From Macrostomum hystrix (Eukaryota; Animalia; Platyhelminthes): DNA of 64,000 nt. The notes beneath the pieces are model-generated. The model did not search any database and was not told the origin of the DNA. It was given only the letters and a program-made list of their open reading frames with translations. Position 1 is the stretch's first letter. Every line of letters begins with the position of its first letter. Shown piece by piece: positions 43,051 to 56,225 of the stretch. The stretch covers positions 6,138,001-6,202,000 of the forward strand of contig CATNEN010000029.1 in assembly GCA_950097015.1 (NCBI GenBank), read 5' to 3'. A program made the position numbers and the translations under genes.

Positions 43051-45949
43051 TCCCTTGAGGCAAACGATGCAATGCCAAGGCGGTCGGTTGGAAATCCGAA
43101 TTCAGAAGGGCCCTTGATCGAAGCATCATGTGCGGGAGAGCACCATGCAATTGTCCACCGCATAGTCGGCCGTATTAGTTCAATACTGAAAATCGGTTCG
43201 TTAAACAGTGATTTTATATTCCGCATAGTCCATCGCATCGTCGGCCGCATAGTTAAAGCCCGAAATTTGGTTTGTTAAAATATGAGTATATCCCGTATCG
43301 TCTATTTTTTAAAGAGTGTGGTAGACAGTGCGGTAAATTAACCTTAACTATACCGCATGGTAATGGCTATAGCCACTAGCCATGGAAATGGTAATGCATT
43401 GTATTTACCGCGTGGTAAGATATCGCTAATGTAAGACACGTAGGTCTGTAGGCCCCTTACTTTGATATAGGCCTACAGTGCAATACAATATTCTGATTAT
43501 TTTAACCAATTGAGATTGATTTTTTAGTAATCTATTGACGTCTTGCTAAAATTAATTTGCAAATGTGTCGACTTTTTCCTGTATTTACGCGAGTCTAGCT
43601 AGCTAGGGCTTACCAGAAACAAGTTTTTTCTGGTTTAGAAGACAGTGACTAAATAATATCCCACCACTTAATGTTTTTTACTTCTCTATCTGCTATTATC
43701 TGCTAGCTAGCTAGCTAGGCAATCCTAGTTTCTTTTTAGCTAGCATGTCATTACATGTCTAATTGTATATATTTATATCACTTGAGATGTTATATAGGTC
43801 TAAACTTTTTCTCTGGATGGGTAGGCCTAGGCCTAGCATCTTATATCATTAGGCCTATATGCCCATACATCATTTTTGCACCCCATGGCCATCAAACCAG
43901 ATGTGTAGCTGGCAGCATAGCTGCAGCAGTTGTATACCATATCTAATCGTAGGCCTAACCTGTCATTTTAGCCATAGGGCCTATTACTTTTTGGTCACAA
44001 CTAAGCTAGGCCTAACCTAAGCCTAAAATCTGTTCAACCTTAAGTTGTTCCACCCCCTTATAAAAATGTTTTGTTACCTAGTGCAATGTTATTTTAGTTT
44101 AATATGTAATTTAGATAGTTTATTTTTTATATTATTCAGCCTAAGCTAGTAGATAAAACTAGGCCTACAAACTAGAATTAAAAAATGTGTGTCCAAATTG
44201 ACCACTTATTCAACTGCCCATCAATTTAAGTCTAGGGAACTCTGTGTATTAGTGTATGTACAGTTGGCACTTGGTTGTAAGTTTGTAGCCCTAAGTAGCT
44301 TAAAAGACAGGATTTTCAAGGTTGCAAATACAGTACAGAGCTATAAATTACAGTAGGCCTAGGCCTACTACAGTTGTTGGTAATTCTATAGCAATACACA
44401 GGTGTTGAGATGTGTTGCCTATATACACACATCTGACACAAACCCAGCAATTGAAAAAGAGGAAACAAGGGACAATGTCTCATACTGGTTGATAGAGCAG
44501 CCAGTCAGGAACAAGATCAGCAAGTTGTATTTTATTGTATCAGCAATAAAGCATGCAATAAGTAAATTCTTTGCAGTAAGGGACTCATAGGGGTTTGAAG
44601 TCCCATCCAGGCTCATGGGTCAATGATAAAATAGAGCCAAACCAGTCTAGGTGGGGAGGGGCAGAGCTATGCAAAGGTGATTGGTTAGGGCATAGCCTTG
44701 CAGGACTGAGAAAGAAAAAGGAGGGAAAGGGGTCGCAAGGCAAAGGGCATAGCCACACAGGGCTGAGAGAGAAAAAGGGGAGAGGGCTGCCCAGCTTAGC
44801 CAATTGGCCAGCAAGGCAAGGGAGAGAGCAAAGCAAGCAAGCCAGCATAACTAAGGCTAGGGTATAGCACAAACAAAACAAACTAAAGTGCACAGTCACT
44901 ACATTAGCATTGTTGATTGTGCTCCACAGTGCATAGAATACATTGGCAATTCTGTTGCCTAATAGATATAGAAACACCAATGCCATGAGCTGTTGACAGC
45001 CTGAATTCTTGAGTGCTGGTATTTTTTTCTATGCTATTCCAGGCCAGCGGTGAGGATATTGTGGCCTATGTATAGTGTAAAGCATAGCCACACCTTGGTG
45101 CAGTAGGAAACTCTGAAACTCTCAGACTGACAAAAGTCAATGCTATTGCATTGAGTAAGTCACAAAAATAAAACTGTTGATTGATTTTTTAGCTATCAAT
45201 CAGACAGTATATATCCTATGGCTCACAATATATAAATGCCTAATTCCCAAGAAGTAGAGACTCATATCAAAGGCAGTGCTTATCCATGGCAGGCCTACTA
45301 TGGTTCTATAGAAATAGTTTCTAGCTTATTCCTAGAGTATTTGGTATTGTAGTAAAGTTTATAGTAAAGTTATCCATTCATACATATGAATTTATACTAC
45401 TTCATTCATATTGGTATATGAATAACATTTTTTACAATTACAGAAGTGGTTTAACTTGTAATCAACTATTTCCTGATTGTAAGAAGCTTTAGAGGCCACA
45501 AAAATGTTTTTGCCTATGACAACTGCTATGTGTGAATTAGTTATGTCAAGAAAAATAGCTAGCTGTGGCTATATCTAGCCATTTGAAAAACTAATTTTGG
45601 TTGCAATAAATCTAGTTATATGTCTAATGAACTAGAATCAGATTAGCATATTTAGCATAACTACAATGACATTTTAAGCTATTTTAAATGATTTATGACT
45701 AGAAAATGTTTGCCTATTGCTGATGTTCCTAGCATAAGCCTATACAAATATATTTTTGTTTGCTTTGGTACACACATCCCAAAATGATTTCAACTTTGAT
45801 TTGCCCTGCCATGGTTATTTGCTTTCATGACATGTTTATTTATATAGTTTATTGCATCAATCAGCATCCTAAAAGTACCCAATGCTGTTTGCAATGACTA
45901 GATAAGCAGGCCATTGTTTGTTAGTACTCACTCCTTTTACACTGCTGAT

Positions 45950-46012
45950 TCACTTCTGACTGAAAGGGTCGGTAGTTCGAATCTTAGCCCAGGGGAAGCT
46001 ACTTGTGTCCTC
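45950..46012 (+). mobile_element. tRNA-like SINE head fragment
   Basis: GGGTCGGTAGTTCGAATCTTAGCCCAGGGGAAG...TGTGTCCT; resembles the 2478-2544 fragment. Confidence 0.35.
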
Positions 46013-47476
46013 AAACTTTCCTAAGTGCTTTTGTTTATCAAGCTGTGCCACTGGTTGTACACCTGGCCCATTGCGGCTGTGTAATTTCTATTCTATTGTA
46101 TCTTTCCCAAATAGAATACTGGTTTAACTTGAAGTCAAGAGTCATGATTGTCTGCTTTTATTTTCATCTTAATCCATAAGCGTACAATGTAGTGCTACTG
46201 AAAATGCAGCTCAATCAGTTCTCTTTGTGCTGTACTGCACATCCTACGCGCCTAAATGCTAACAGTGTTGGTTGGTGACTGATTGGTTGACAGACTATAC
46301 GATGGTGTACTGTGGTTGAGCTGCGCCTAATATTTAGGCTTGATCAGTGAAGTTAAAGAAATTCGCGTCAGGGTGTCCATAGAGGCCTATTTCCACCTGT
46401 TGTAGTCCTTGAAGGTCCAGCAAATCCGTCTAGATAAATGGTAGGTGGCCACCGAAGTCGGAGATGATGCCGGCACATTTAGGTGACATGCTGATAAATT
46501 TTGAAGGCCTAGCAAGGCCGTACTGAGGCGCAGGGCTAATTTGTGTATAGGGGTGTATGAAATACACTAGCGCTTATAAGAATATCTCGACGGTCTGAAG
46601 AGCTGGCGACTTGAGTATTGTTTCAGAAGATGCGCAACAAAAAAGTTGGCCCATGCTCGTGAGCTTCGTGTGCTTGCGTTGTTCCGTTCGGATGCAGCAC
46701 AAAGAAATAGGGAAAAAATTCTACCACCTACTGTTAACTTGATGAAATGTAAAAAAATTTCCATCCAGTTACAGATTGACCTTGACAACTAAATGGTGCA
46801 CTTTAAGCGTTTTAGTCGTTCAAAAAGTCTCGGGCCTTTGCAGCTGTTCTATATGCTTTGCAAGCCTTATCTGTGTCACGTGCTCGATCCACAATCACTT
46901 AATGGGTATGAAGTTGCAGCTAAGCTATGTGAGAATTACACCGGTGCCACTTATCAGCTATCACGGCACACCTAGGCTTGCATTCGCTACCATTTCTTTC
47001 TCTCTTGTCCATTTTTTGTCAAACAATCACTTCAATTTTAAACAAGGTCTTGTGCGATTGTGTCAATGTTAATTCATGTGCGGTTCAGAAAAGCAGTTCG
47101 TTGCAAACGGAAAAAAATAGAAAATAAGTGATTACTCCTAGGGTAGACATTTTCGCTGTTTGCTTTGTACAATCGACTTTAAACTGTACCGCGGCAATTC
47201 CTTGAAAACAACTATATAAACACGCGATCAGGCTCACTAGACTGCTGCTCGGAACTTTAAAAATAGCCCACTGGTCGTGTCTTTTGTTTAACTGGCTCAC
47301 TCCCCTCGACTTATTTACAGCGCTAGCGGAAAGTCACGCACAACTCAGGCCCCTCTAAAAGCAAATATTTTTCAGCAACAGAAGCATTTTTTTCTTGGAC
47401 TAAGCGACCTCACTGTCTGAAAAGCAGAAACTAATCTGAGCTAAATAAGCTTCAAGGAAAGTTATAAGAGACAGTC

Positions 47477-50400
47477 ATGGCACACGTTAATGGTGGCGAG
47501 GCCTTGTCTTCTAACTCTGCCGATCAGTTCAAGCGGCAAACTAGTCAGAGGTAGGACTAGTGGGATGTTGGGAGTGACAATACTCTTTTTATTTACTCGC
47601 GTATAATTTCACCTTCAAATCCTCACGTTTACTAACCTCCAGATCTAAACATTGGCTTTAAACCCCCATATACTCGCATTGGCTTTTAATCCCTCAGATC
47701 CTCACATTGGCTCTTAATCCATTCCAGATCCTCACATATACTTTTAATCCCCTTTAGATCCTCACATTGGCTTTTATTCCACTCCATATACCCGCATTAT
47801 CTTTTAATTCCTCAGATCATCACATTGACTCTTAGTCCCCCAGATCCTCACATTTACTTTTAATCTCCTCCAGATCCTCAAGTTTACTTTTAATCTCCTC
47901 CAGATCCTCAAGTTTACTTTTAATCTCCTCCAGATCCTCAAGTTTACTTTTAATCTCCTCCAGATCCTCAAATTTATTTTTAATCCCATTCAGATCCTCA
48001 CATAGGCTTTTTATTCATCCTAGATCCTCATATTTACTTTTAATCCCCTTCAGATCCTCACATTGGCTCTTAATCCCCTTCATATCATCACATTGGCTCT
48101 TAATCCCCTCTAGATCCTCACATTTACTTTTGATCCCCTCCAGATCCTCAAATTTACTTTTAATCTCCTCCAGATCTTCAAATTTATTTTTAATCCCCTC
48201 CAGATCCTCAAATTTACTTTTAATCCCCTTCAGATCCTCAAATTGGCTCTTAATCCCCTTCATATCCTCACATTGGCTCTTAATCCCCTCCAGATCCTCA
48301 CTTTTACTTTTAATCCCCTCCAGATCCTCACTTTTACTTTTAATCCCCTCCAGATCCTCAAATTTACTTTTAATCTCCTCCAGATCCTCAAATTTACTTT
48401 TAATCCCCTCCAGATCCTCACATTTACTTTTAATCCCCTCCAGATCCTCACATTTACTTTTAATCCCCTCCAGATCCTCAAATTTACTTTTAATCTCCTC
48501 CAGATCCTCAAATTTACTTTTAATCCCCTCCAGATCCTCACATTTACTTTTAATCCTCTGTAGATCCTCAAATTTACTTTCAATTTCATTCAGATCCGCA
48601 CATGGGCTCTTAATCAAACCAGATTCTCACATTTGCTTTTCATTCATCCCAGATCCTCACATCGATTTTTAGAGTGCAATTTTTATCGGTATCAACATCG
48701 GAACAAACATGACCTTTGCAATTGTCCCCCTCCCAAACGTCGCTAGGATATTTGTGAATCGCAGCATTCAAATGGAGAAGATCAAATTCTATGGATTTGA
48801 CATGGACTATACCTTAGCGCAGTACGTGTCGCCTCTGTACGAGTCCGTATCGTTTAAATTCATGCTGGAGCGCCTAGTTGAAATAGGCTATCCGCGCGAG
48901 ATTCTGCAGTTCAAATATGATCACACTGTGCCAATCCGCGGCCTGTGGTTTGACAAAGACAAGGGCCTGCTATTGAAAGTGGACACATTTGGCAACATAC
49001 TCGGCTGTCTGTTCGGTTTGAGCTTTGTCACTGCGGCCGATTTGCGCACCCACTACGAGAATAAATTTGTGACCAATAGCAGCCGATTCTTTGTCTATGA
49101 TACTCTGTTCAATTTGCCCGAGATCTATTGCCTGGCATCGCTAATCGAATTCTTCAAATCTGTGTCGGGTTGCAAACGCGAGAGAAACGGCTTTCTCTAT
49201 AACGACGTTTTCATATCGTTTCGCACACTATTCAACGATGTACGCGAAGCTACTAACTATATTCACGACAAGGGCGACTTAAAGAAGCACACAGTTGATG
49301 AAGTTGAACGCTATGTTTACAAAGATCACGACCTGGCCGACCTACTCAGCCAGTTGTCTGCGGGCGGTGCCAAACTCTTCCTCTTAACTAACTCTGGCTA
49401 CTGGTACACTAATAGCATCATGACCTACCTGTTGGGCAATGATTGGCGCGACTATTTCGACTACGCCCTTGTTGACGCCTGTAAGCCGAGATTCTTCTCC
49501 GAGGGCAGCCTGCTTAGAGTGGTGGATCCGGCCACTGGCAATCTGAAACTGGGCACCCACACTGGGCCGCTACAGAAGGGCACAGTATACTCAGGCGGTG
49601 AGTACATTACTTTCCGTAGCTTGCGGCTCTTGTTAATAATGGCAGAAGCTTATGATTTTATAAAATTGCTTCAGTTCATCCATCTGTTAAATGGGTACCA
49701 GCATCAGCTGGGATGATTGAGGGTGGGTTTGGCGTCCCCAGAGTCCGTGGACTGAACAGCCGTACGCAACCTTCCGATAGGCCGCGCAATATAGCTGCGG
49801 CTGTGCTGTTGACTGCCCATCTCAGTCTGATCCGATTATGACATATCGCAATTTTAACCTGTGCCACTGCAATTACAGGCTCCTGCTCCGTATTCTCAAC
49901 TCTGATTGGCTGTCGCGGTAAGGACGTATTGTACATCGGCGATCACATATTCGGCGACATTGTGAAGAGCAAGAAAGTCGGCTGGCGCACCCTGCTGATT
50001 GTGCCGGAGCTCGCTAACGAGCTATTCGTGTGGAAGAAGGAAGAGGCGCTGTTTGTTAAACTGCAGGAGTTGGACGTCGAGATGAGCCGCGCCTACCAGG
50101 GCTGCACTATTGGAAGCCGGAACGGGTCAGGCACTGAGGCTCACTCTGTAGAGCATATGAAACGGTCGATACGCGAAACTGTACAGGCCATGGACGCCTC
50201 CTACGGCTTCATGGGCTCGCTATTCCGCTCCGGCGGCCGGCTGACTAGTTTCGCCTCGCAGTTGGAGCGCTACGCTGATCTGTACGCCCAGAATGTGGCT
50301 AATCTGCTGTACTATCCTAAATACTACATGTTCCGCTGTCCCATAACACTAATGACGCACGAGTTAACCGTGTCGCACAAGTCAGACGACTCACCGCCTG

Positions 50401-53400
50401 AGAAACTCACCGCCGAGTCCAAGTTCGCTTTGAGGGCCTCGTCCGCTGGCGTCGCTTCCAGTGAGTCCACTCAGGAAGGAAGCTGGAGCATTGGGTGCTG
50501 ATGGGGACTGGAAGCTGGAGCATTGGGTGCTGATGGGGACAGGCAGCTGGAGCATTGGGTGCTGATGGGAACAGGCAGCTGGAGCATTGGGTGCTGATGG
50601 GGACTGGAAGCTGGAGCATTGGGTGCTGATGGGGACAGGCAGCTGGAGCATTGGGTGCTGATGGGGACAGGCAGCTGGAGCATTGGGTGCTGATGGGAAC
50701 AGGCAGCTGGAGCATTGGGTGCTGATGGGAACAGGCAGCTGGAGCATTGGGTGCTGATGGGAACAGGCAGCTGGAGCATTGGGTGCTGATGGGAACAGGC
50801 AGCTGGAGCATTGGGTGCTGATGGGAACAGGCAGCTGGAGCATTGGGTGCTGATGGGGACAGGCAGCTGGAGCATTGGGTGCTGATGGGGACAGGCAGCT
50901 GGAGCATTAGGTGCTGATGGGAACAGGCAGCTGGAGCATTGGGTGCTGATGGGGACAGGCAGCTGGAGCATTGGGTGCTGATGGGGACAGGCAGCTGGAG
51001 CATTGGGTGCTGGTGGGGACAGGAAGCTGGAGCATTGGGTGCTGATGGGAACAGGCAGTTGAAGCATTGGGTGGTGATGGTGACAGGCAGCTAGAGCATT
51101 GGGTGCTGATGGGGACAGGCAGCTGGAGCATTGGGTGCTGATGGGGACAGGCAGCTGGAGCATTGGGTGCTGATGGGAACAGGCAGCTGGAGCATTGGGT
51201 GCTGATGGGAACAGGCAGCTGGAGCATTGGGTGCTGATGGGAACAGGCAGCTGGAGCATTGGGTGCTGATGGGGACAGGCAGCTGGAGCATTGGGTGCTG
51301 ATGGGGACAGGCAGCTGGAGCATTGGGTGCTGATGGGAACAGGCAGCTGGAGCATTGGGTGCTGATGGGGACAGGCAGCTGGAGCATTGGGTGCTGATGG
51401 GGACAGGCAGCTGGAGCATTGGGTGCTGATGGGGACAGGCAGCTGGAGCATTGGGTGCTGATGGGGACAGGCAGCTGAAGTATTGGGTGCTGATGGGGAC
51501 AGGCAGCTGGAGCATTGGGTGCTGATGGGGACAGGCAGCTGGAGCATTGGGTGCTGATGGGGACAGGCAGCTGGAGCATTGGGTGCTGATGGGGACAGGC
51601 AGCTGGAGCATTGGGTGCTGATGGGGACAGGCAGCTGAAGTATTGGGTGGTGATGGTGTTAATGGGAGGCTAAGGTGTATTAGTAAACGTAAACTGAATT
51701 GTCCCATCTAACAGTGGAGGTGAACAGTCAATCAAGTTCATTCTTGACTGGAGTAAAAGCAGGACATTGTGTAACCAGTGCTCAAATAAAAAGCGGTTTA
51801 CATGCTTCTCGTTTTTTAGGAAGGAGCAGCGCGCCAAATGCTGCCGACATTCAACTAGTGGCCCGATCACACGAGGATCGATTCGGTAATGGCTTTTTTA
51901 AAAAAAGACTGTCCCCTAAGCATTAATACATCTGGATCGTTTTTGGACCCTCTGGGTGAACCGAATCACGAGCCGTCGCCACAAAAAATTATTCTGTAGC
52001 AACTTAGTTAACGAATTTCTATTCTCCCTAACCATCCGTTATCCCATGCCGCTAATCCTTGATCTCCAGCCCTACTCACATAGGATAATCCTTGATCTCC
52101 AGCCCTACTCACATAGGATAATCCTTGATCTCCAGCCCTACTCACATAGGATAATCCTTGATCTCTCCAACCCTACTCACATAGGATAATCCTTGATCTC
52201 TCCAGCCCTACTCACATAGGATAATCCTTGGTCTCTCCAACCCTACTCACATAGGATAATCCTTGATCTCTCCAACCCTACTCACATAGGATAATCCTTG
52301 ATCTCTCCAGCCCTACTCACATAGGATAATCCTTGGTCTCTCCAACCCTACTCACATAAGGTAATCCTTGATCTCTCCAGCCCTACTCACATAGGATAAT
52401 CCTTGATCTCTCCAGCCCTACTCACATAGGATAATCCTTGGTCTCTCCAACCCTACTCACATAAGGTAATCCTTGATCTCTCCAGCCCTACTCACATAAG
52501 ATAATCCTTGATCTCTCCAACCCTACTCACATAGGATAATCCTTGATCTCTCCAGCCCTACTCACATAGGATAATCCTTGGTCTCTCCAACCCTACTCAC
52601 ATAAGATAATCCTTGATCTCTCCAGCCCTACTCACATAGGATAATCCTTGATCTCTGCAGCCCTACTCACATAGGATAATCCTTGATCTCTCCAGCCCTA
52701 CTCACATAGGATAATCCTTGGTCTCTCCAACCCTACTCACATAGGATAATCCTTGGTCTCTCCAACCCTACTCACATAAGATAATCCTTGATCTCTCCAG
52801 CCCTACTCACATAGGATAATCCTTGATCTCTCCAGCCCTACTCACATAGGATAATCCTTGATCTCTCCAGCCCTACTCACATAGGATAATCCTTGGTCTC
52901 TCCAACCCTACTCACATAAGGTAATCCTTGATCTCTCCAGCCCTACTCACATAGGATAATCCTTGATCTCTCCAGCCCTACTCACATAGGATAATCCTTG
53001 GTCTCTCCAACCCTACTCACATAGGATAATCCTTGATCTCTCCAACCCTACTCACATAAGATAATCCTTGATCTCTCCAGCCCTACTCACATAGGATAAT
53101 CCTTGATCTCTGCAGCCCTACTCACAAAGGATAATCCTTGATCTCCAGCCCTACTCACATAGGATAATCCTTGATCTCTCCAGCCCTACTCACATAGGAT
53201 AATCCTTGATCTCTCCAGCCCTACTCACATAGGATAATCCTTGATCTCCAGCCCTACTCACATAGGATAATCCTTGATCTCTCCAGCCCTACTCATATCA
53301 AATACCTCTCCACCCCTTGCATTCGCACAGCTGACAGCGCCGCCAGCTGCTCAACCGCCCCAGCTAGCAAACATGCGCTCAACTCCGCTGGGGCCGACGA

Positions 53401-53491
53401 AGATGACGACTGCGCGATGGATTTATCCGGATCGCTTCCCATCTTCGGCCCTGTAGCGGACAGTCCGGCTGTTATGGACGCCCATGACTAG
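47477..53491 (+). CDS. NT5C2: Cytosolic purine 5'-nucleotidase (cN-II, HAD family). Exons 47477-47550, 48747-49597, 49879-50460, 51820-51885, 53331-53491
   Basis: FKRQTSQR|IFVNRSIQMEKIKFYGFDMDYTLAQY (HAD motif I), LLTNSGYWYT, KPRFF, GKDVLYIGDHIFGDI, GSLFRSG, RYADLY, acidic DEDDD tail. GT-AG and phase-consistent. The last two small exons are less certain than the first three. Confidence 0.91.
47605..48660. repeat. 30-bp minisatellite (CAGATCCTCAAATTTACTTTTAATCCCCTC), about 35 copies, NT5C2 intron 1
   Basis: Period read directly from the sequence. Confidence 0.92.
49670..49835 (+). mobile_element. SINE family 1 body (NT5C2 intron 2)
   Basis: CAGTTCATCCATCTGTTAAATGGGTACCAGCATCAGCTGGG...GTGGACTGAACAGCCGTACGCA...GCTGCGGCTGTGCTG. 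Confidence 0.72.
50475..51655. repeat. 32-bp minisatellite (GCAGCTGGAGCATTGGGTGCTGATGGGGACAG), about 36 copies, NT5C2 intron 3
   Basis: Period read directly from the sequence. Confidence 0.95.
52060..53295. repeat. 35-bp minisatellite (CCCTACTCACATAGGATAATCCTTGATCTCTCCAG), about 35 copies, NT5C2 intron 4
   Basis: Period read directly from the sequence. Confidence 0.95.
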
Positions 53492-54387
53492 ATGCAGAAC
53501 TGATTATATTAGACATGGCTGAAAGTGGTATTTTCAGACTGGTTGCTATGCGTTGCTAAGGTATTGGTGTCTATAGCGATACTTCTGTTTAGATTTCCTC
53601 TTGAGAATTAACTTATTTATTAAGTAATCGTTTCCTTTTGCTGCTGCTGCAATACAAAATTGCCAAAGCAATTTTTTCTTTTACATTGTCTATTCCTATG
53701 AGTACCTTAAAAGTTAGGCTCCAGACGCTTTAATAGCTTTGTTTCCTTCAGTATTTAAAGCTGTTTTTATATAGGCGCAGTCAGTTTTTCCTTTGAGCAA
53801 CAACACTCACATAAAAACGAAAGCACAGTTTTTAGTTACTAATCATTCTATAAGCATATTTTTGTTAGAAGAATACGAGTATATGATAATATTGTACTAG
53901 TCCAACGCACACATTCATTGATCGCGCCATTTCTGGTGTTTAAATAACTACACAATGTAGTCTGTTTCTTTCATTCTATTACTTTCAATTTCCATTTTAA
54001 GTTTTAAAAGATTTCATAAATTTGATATACTCTGTGCGACAAACTGTGCTAAAATGGTTATTGATAATCTACTTAATAAAATTATATAACTTTCTAGACT
54101 GCTTGAAAAACTTTTTCTGTGCAACGACCAATTCTAAACTCCTTTGAAGCCCATATTTTTTGCATATACTACTACTAATAATAATCAATGCTCGCTAACT
54201 ACTTTCCTGTACTTGTAAGTTGTCGCTTACTTTTTCCATTAGACATGAGTATTGGTGCAAGAAATATAAAAACATAAACTTGTCGATCAGTTTAGTTTAA
54301 TTATCAATTTGGGTTATCAAATCAAAAGAAGTATTATTTATTAAATACTACTGTTGCAAAAACTGCTTTTTCTTTAGTGCAATCCTT

Positions 54388-55682
54388 TATTTCCCAGATC
54401 CTCATATTAGATTCCCACTCTCCCAGATCCCCATATTTGATTCCCACTCTCCCAGATCCCCATATTTGATTCCCACTCTCCCAGATCCTCATATTTGATT
54501 CCCACTCTCCCAGATCCCCATATTTGATTCCCACTCTCCCAGATCCTCATATTTGATTCCCACACTCCCAGATCCTCATTTTAGATTCCCACACTCCCAG
54601 ATACTCATATTACATTCCCACTCTCCCAGATCCCCATATTTGATTCCCACTCTCCCAGATCCTCATTTTACATTTCCACTCTCCCAGATCCTCATATTAG
54701 ATTCCCACTCTCCCAGAACCTCATTTTAGATTCCCACACCCCCAGATCCTCATTTTAGATTCCCACTCTCCCAGATCCTCATATTAGATTCCCACTCTCC
54801 CAGATCCTCATTTTTGATTCCCACTCTCCCAGATCCTCATATTACATTCCCACACCCGCAGATCCTCATTTTAGATTCCCACTCTCCCAGATCCTCATAT
54901 TAGATTCCCACTCTCCCAGATCCTCATTTTAGATTCCCACTCTCCCAGATCCTCATTTTAGATTCCCGCTCTCCCAGATCCTCATATTAGATTCCCACTC
55001 TCCCAGATCCTCATTTTTGATTCCCACTCTCCCAGATCCTCATATTACATTCCCACACCCGCAAATCCTCATTTTAGATTCCCACTCTCCCAGATCCTCA
55101 TATTAGATTCCCACTCTCCCAGATCCTCATTTTAGATTCCCACTCGCCCAGATCCTCATATTAGATTCCCACTCTCCCAGATCCTCATATTAGATTCCCG
55201 CTCTCCCAGATCCTCATTTTAGATTCCCACTCTCCCAGATCCTCATATTAGATTCCCACTCTCCCAGATCCTCATTTTTGATTCCCACTCTCCCAGATCC
55301 TCATATTACATTCCCACACCCGCAGATCCTCATTTTAGATTCCCACTCTCCCAGATCCTCATATTAGATTCCCACTCTCCCAGATCCTCATTTTAGATTC
55401 CCACTCTCCCAGATCCTCATTTTAGATTCCCGCTCTCCCAGATCCTCATTTTAGATTCCCACTCTCCCAGATCCTCATTTTAGATTCCCACTCGCCCAGA
55501 TCCTCATATTAGATTCCCACTCTCCCAGATCCTCATATTAGATTCCCGCTCTCCCAGATCCTCATTTTAGATTCCCGCTCTCACAGATCCTCATTTTACA
55601 TTCCCACACTCCCAGATCCTCATATTTGATTCCCACTGTCCCAGATCCTCATTTTACATTCCCACTCCCTGAGATCCTCATT
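54388..55682. repeat. 29-bp minisatellite (CCAGATCCTCATATTAGATTCCCACTCTC), about 44 copies, intergenic
   Basis: Period read directly from the sequence. Confidence 0.95.
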
Positions 55683-56225
55683 TTTGTGCAAGTTCATAGA
55701 AAACATTTAAAGTGCAAGTGCACTATTGACAATAGTGCAAGTTATCGCTTGATATTCTGCTAGCATTTGCGAGGCCTTAGCGTCCCGTTTGTGTTGTATT
55801 TATTTTAATATTTTCAAATTGGCTATTTCGTTCAGTGATTTTTGTCGAGCAGTTTTTTGCTTACTGCTTATAGTCACCCAACTGAGTCTTGTCAGCTGAT
55901 GCAACAATTATTAGTGATACTATTTACTATGAAAAAATATTTTTTCGATTATTTCTGTATAGTCGAACACGGCACAAGTTATGCGACTAGTGTTGGTGCA
56001 CTTGTCTACAAGTTTTGTTTTCTCTTTTTTAAAAATAATTTTTAATAAAAAAAATACAAATACCGATAATACATAATTAGTAGCACAATTTTTTTTCGCT
56101 TTAATCGCAATTCTGTGGTCTTTGTTCTGGTTTTGTTTTAACTATAATTGACTCTTATAGTCATTCTAAAATAGATAGAATGTTTCATTTCATTGTTTCA
56201 AAGCATATATAATGCTTTGGCGTAA

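Noticed and set aside
44585-44986. Hydrophobic 133-aa ORF as a membrane protein
   Set aside because: No family motif, low-complexity composition and no convincing splice context; left inside the CpG-void finding.
48015-48617. EDLEGIKSKF coiled-coil-like ORF
   Set aside because: 30-bp intronic array read antisense.
50391-51707. Several MLQLPVPISTQCSS ORFs
   Set aside because: 32-bp array in NT5C2 intron 3; the GTGAGT donor at 50461 removes it.
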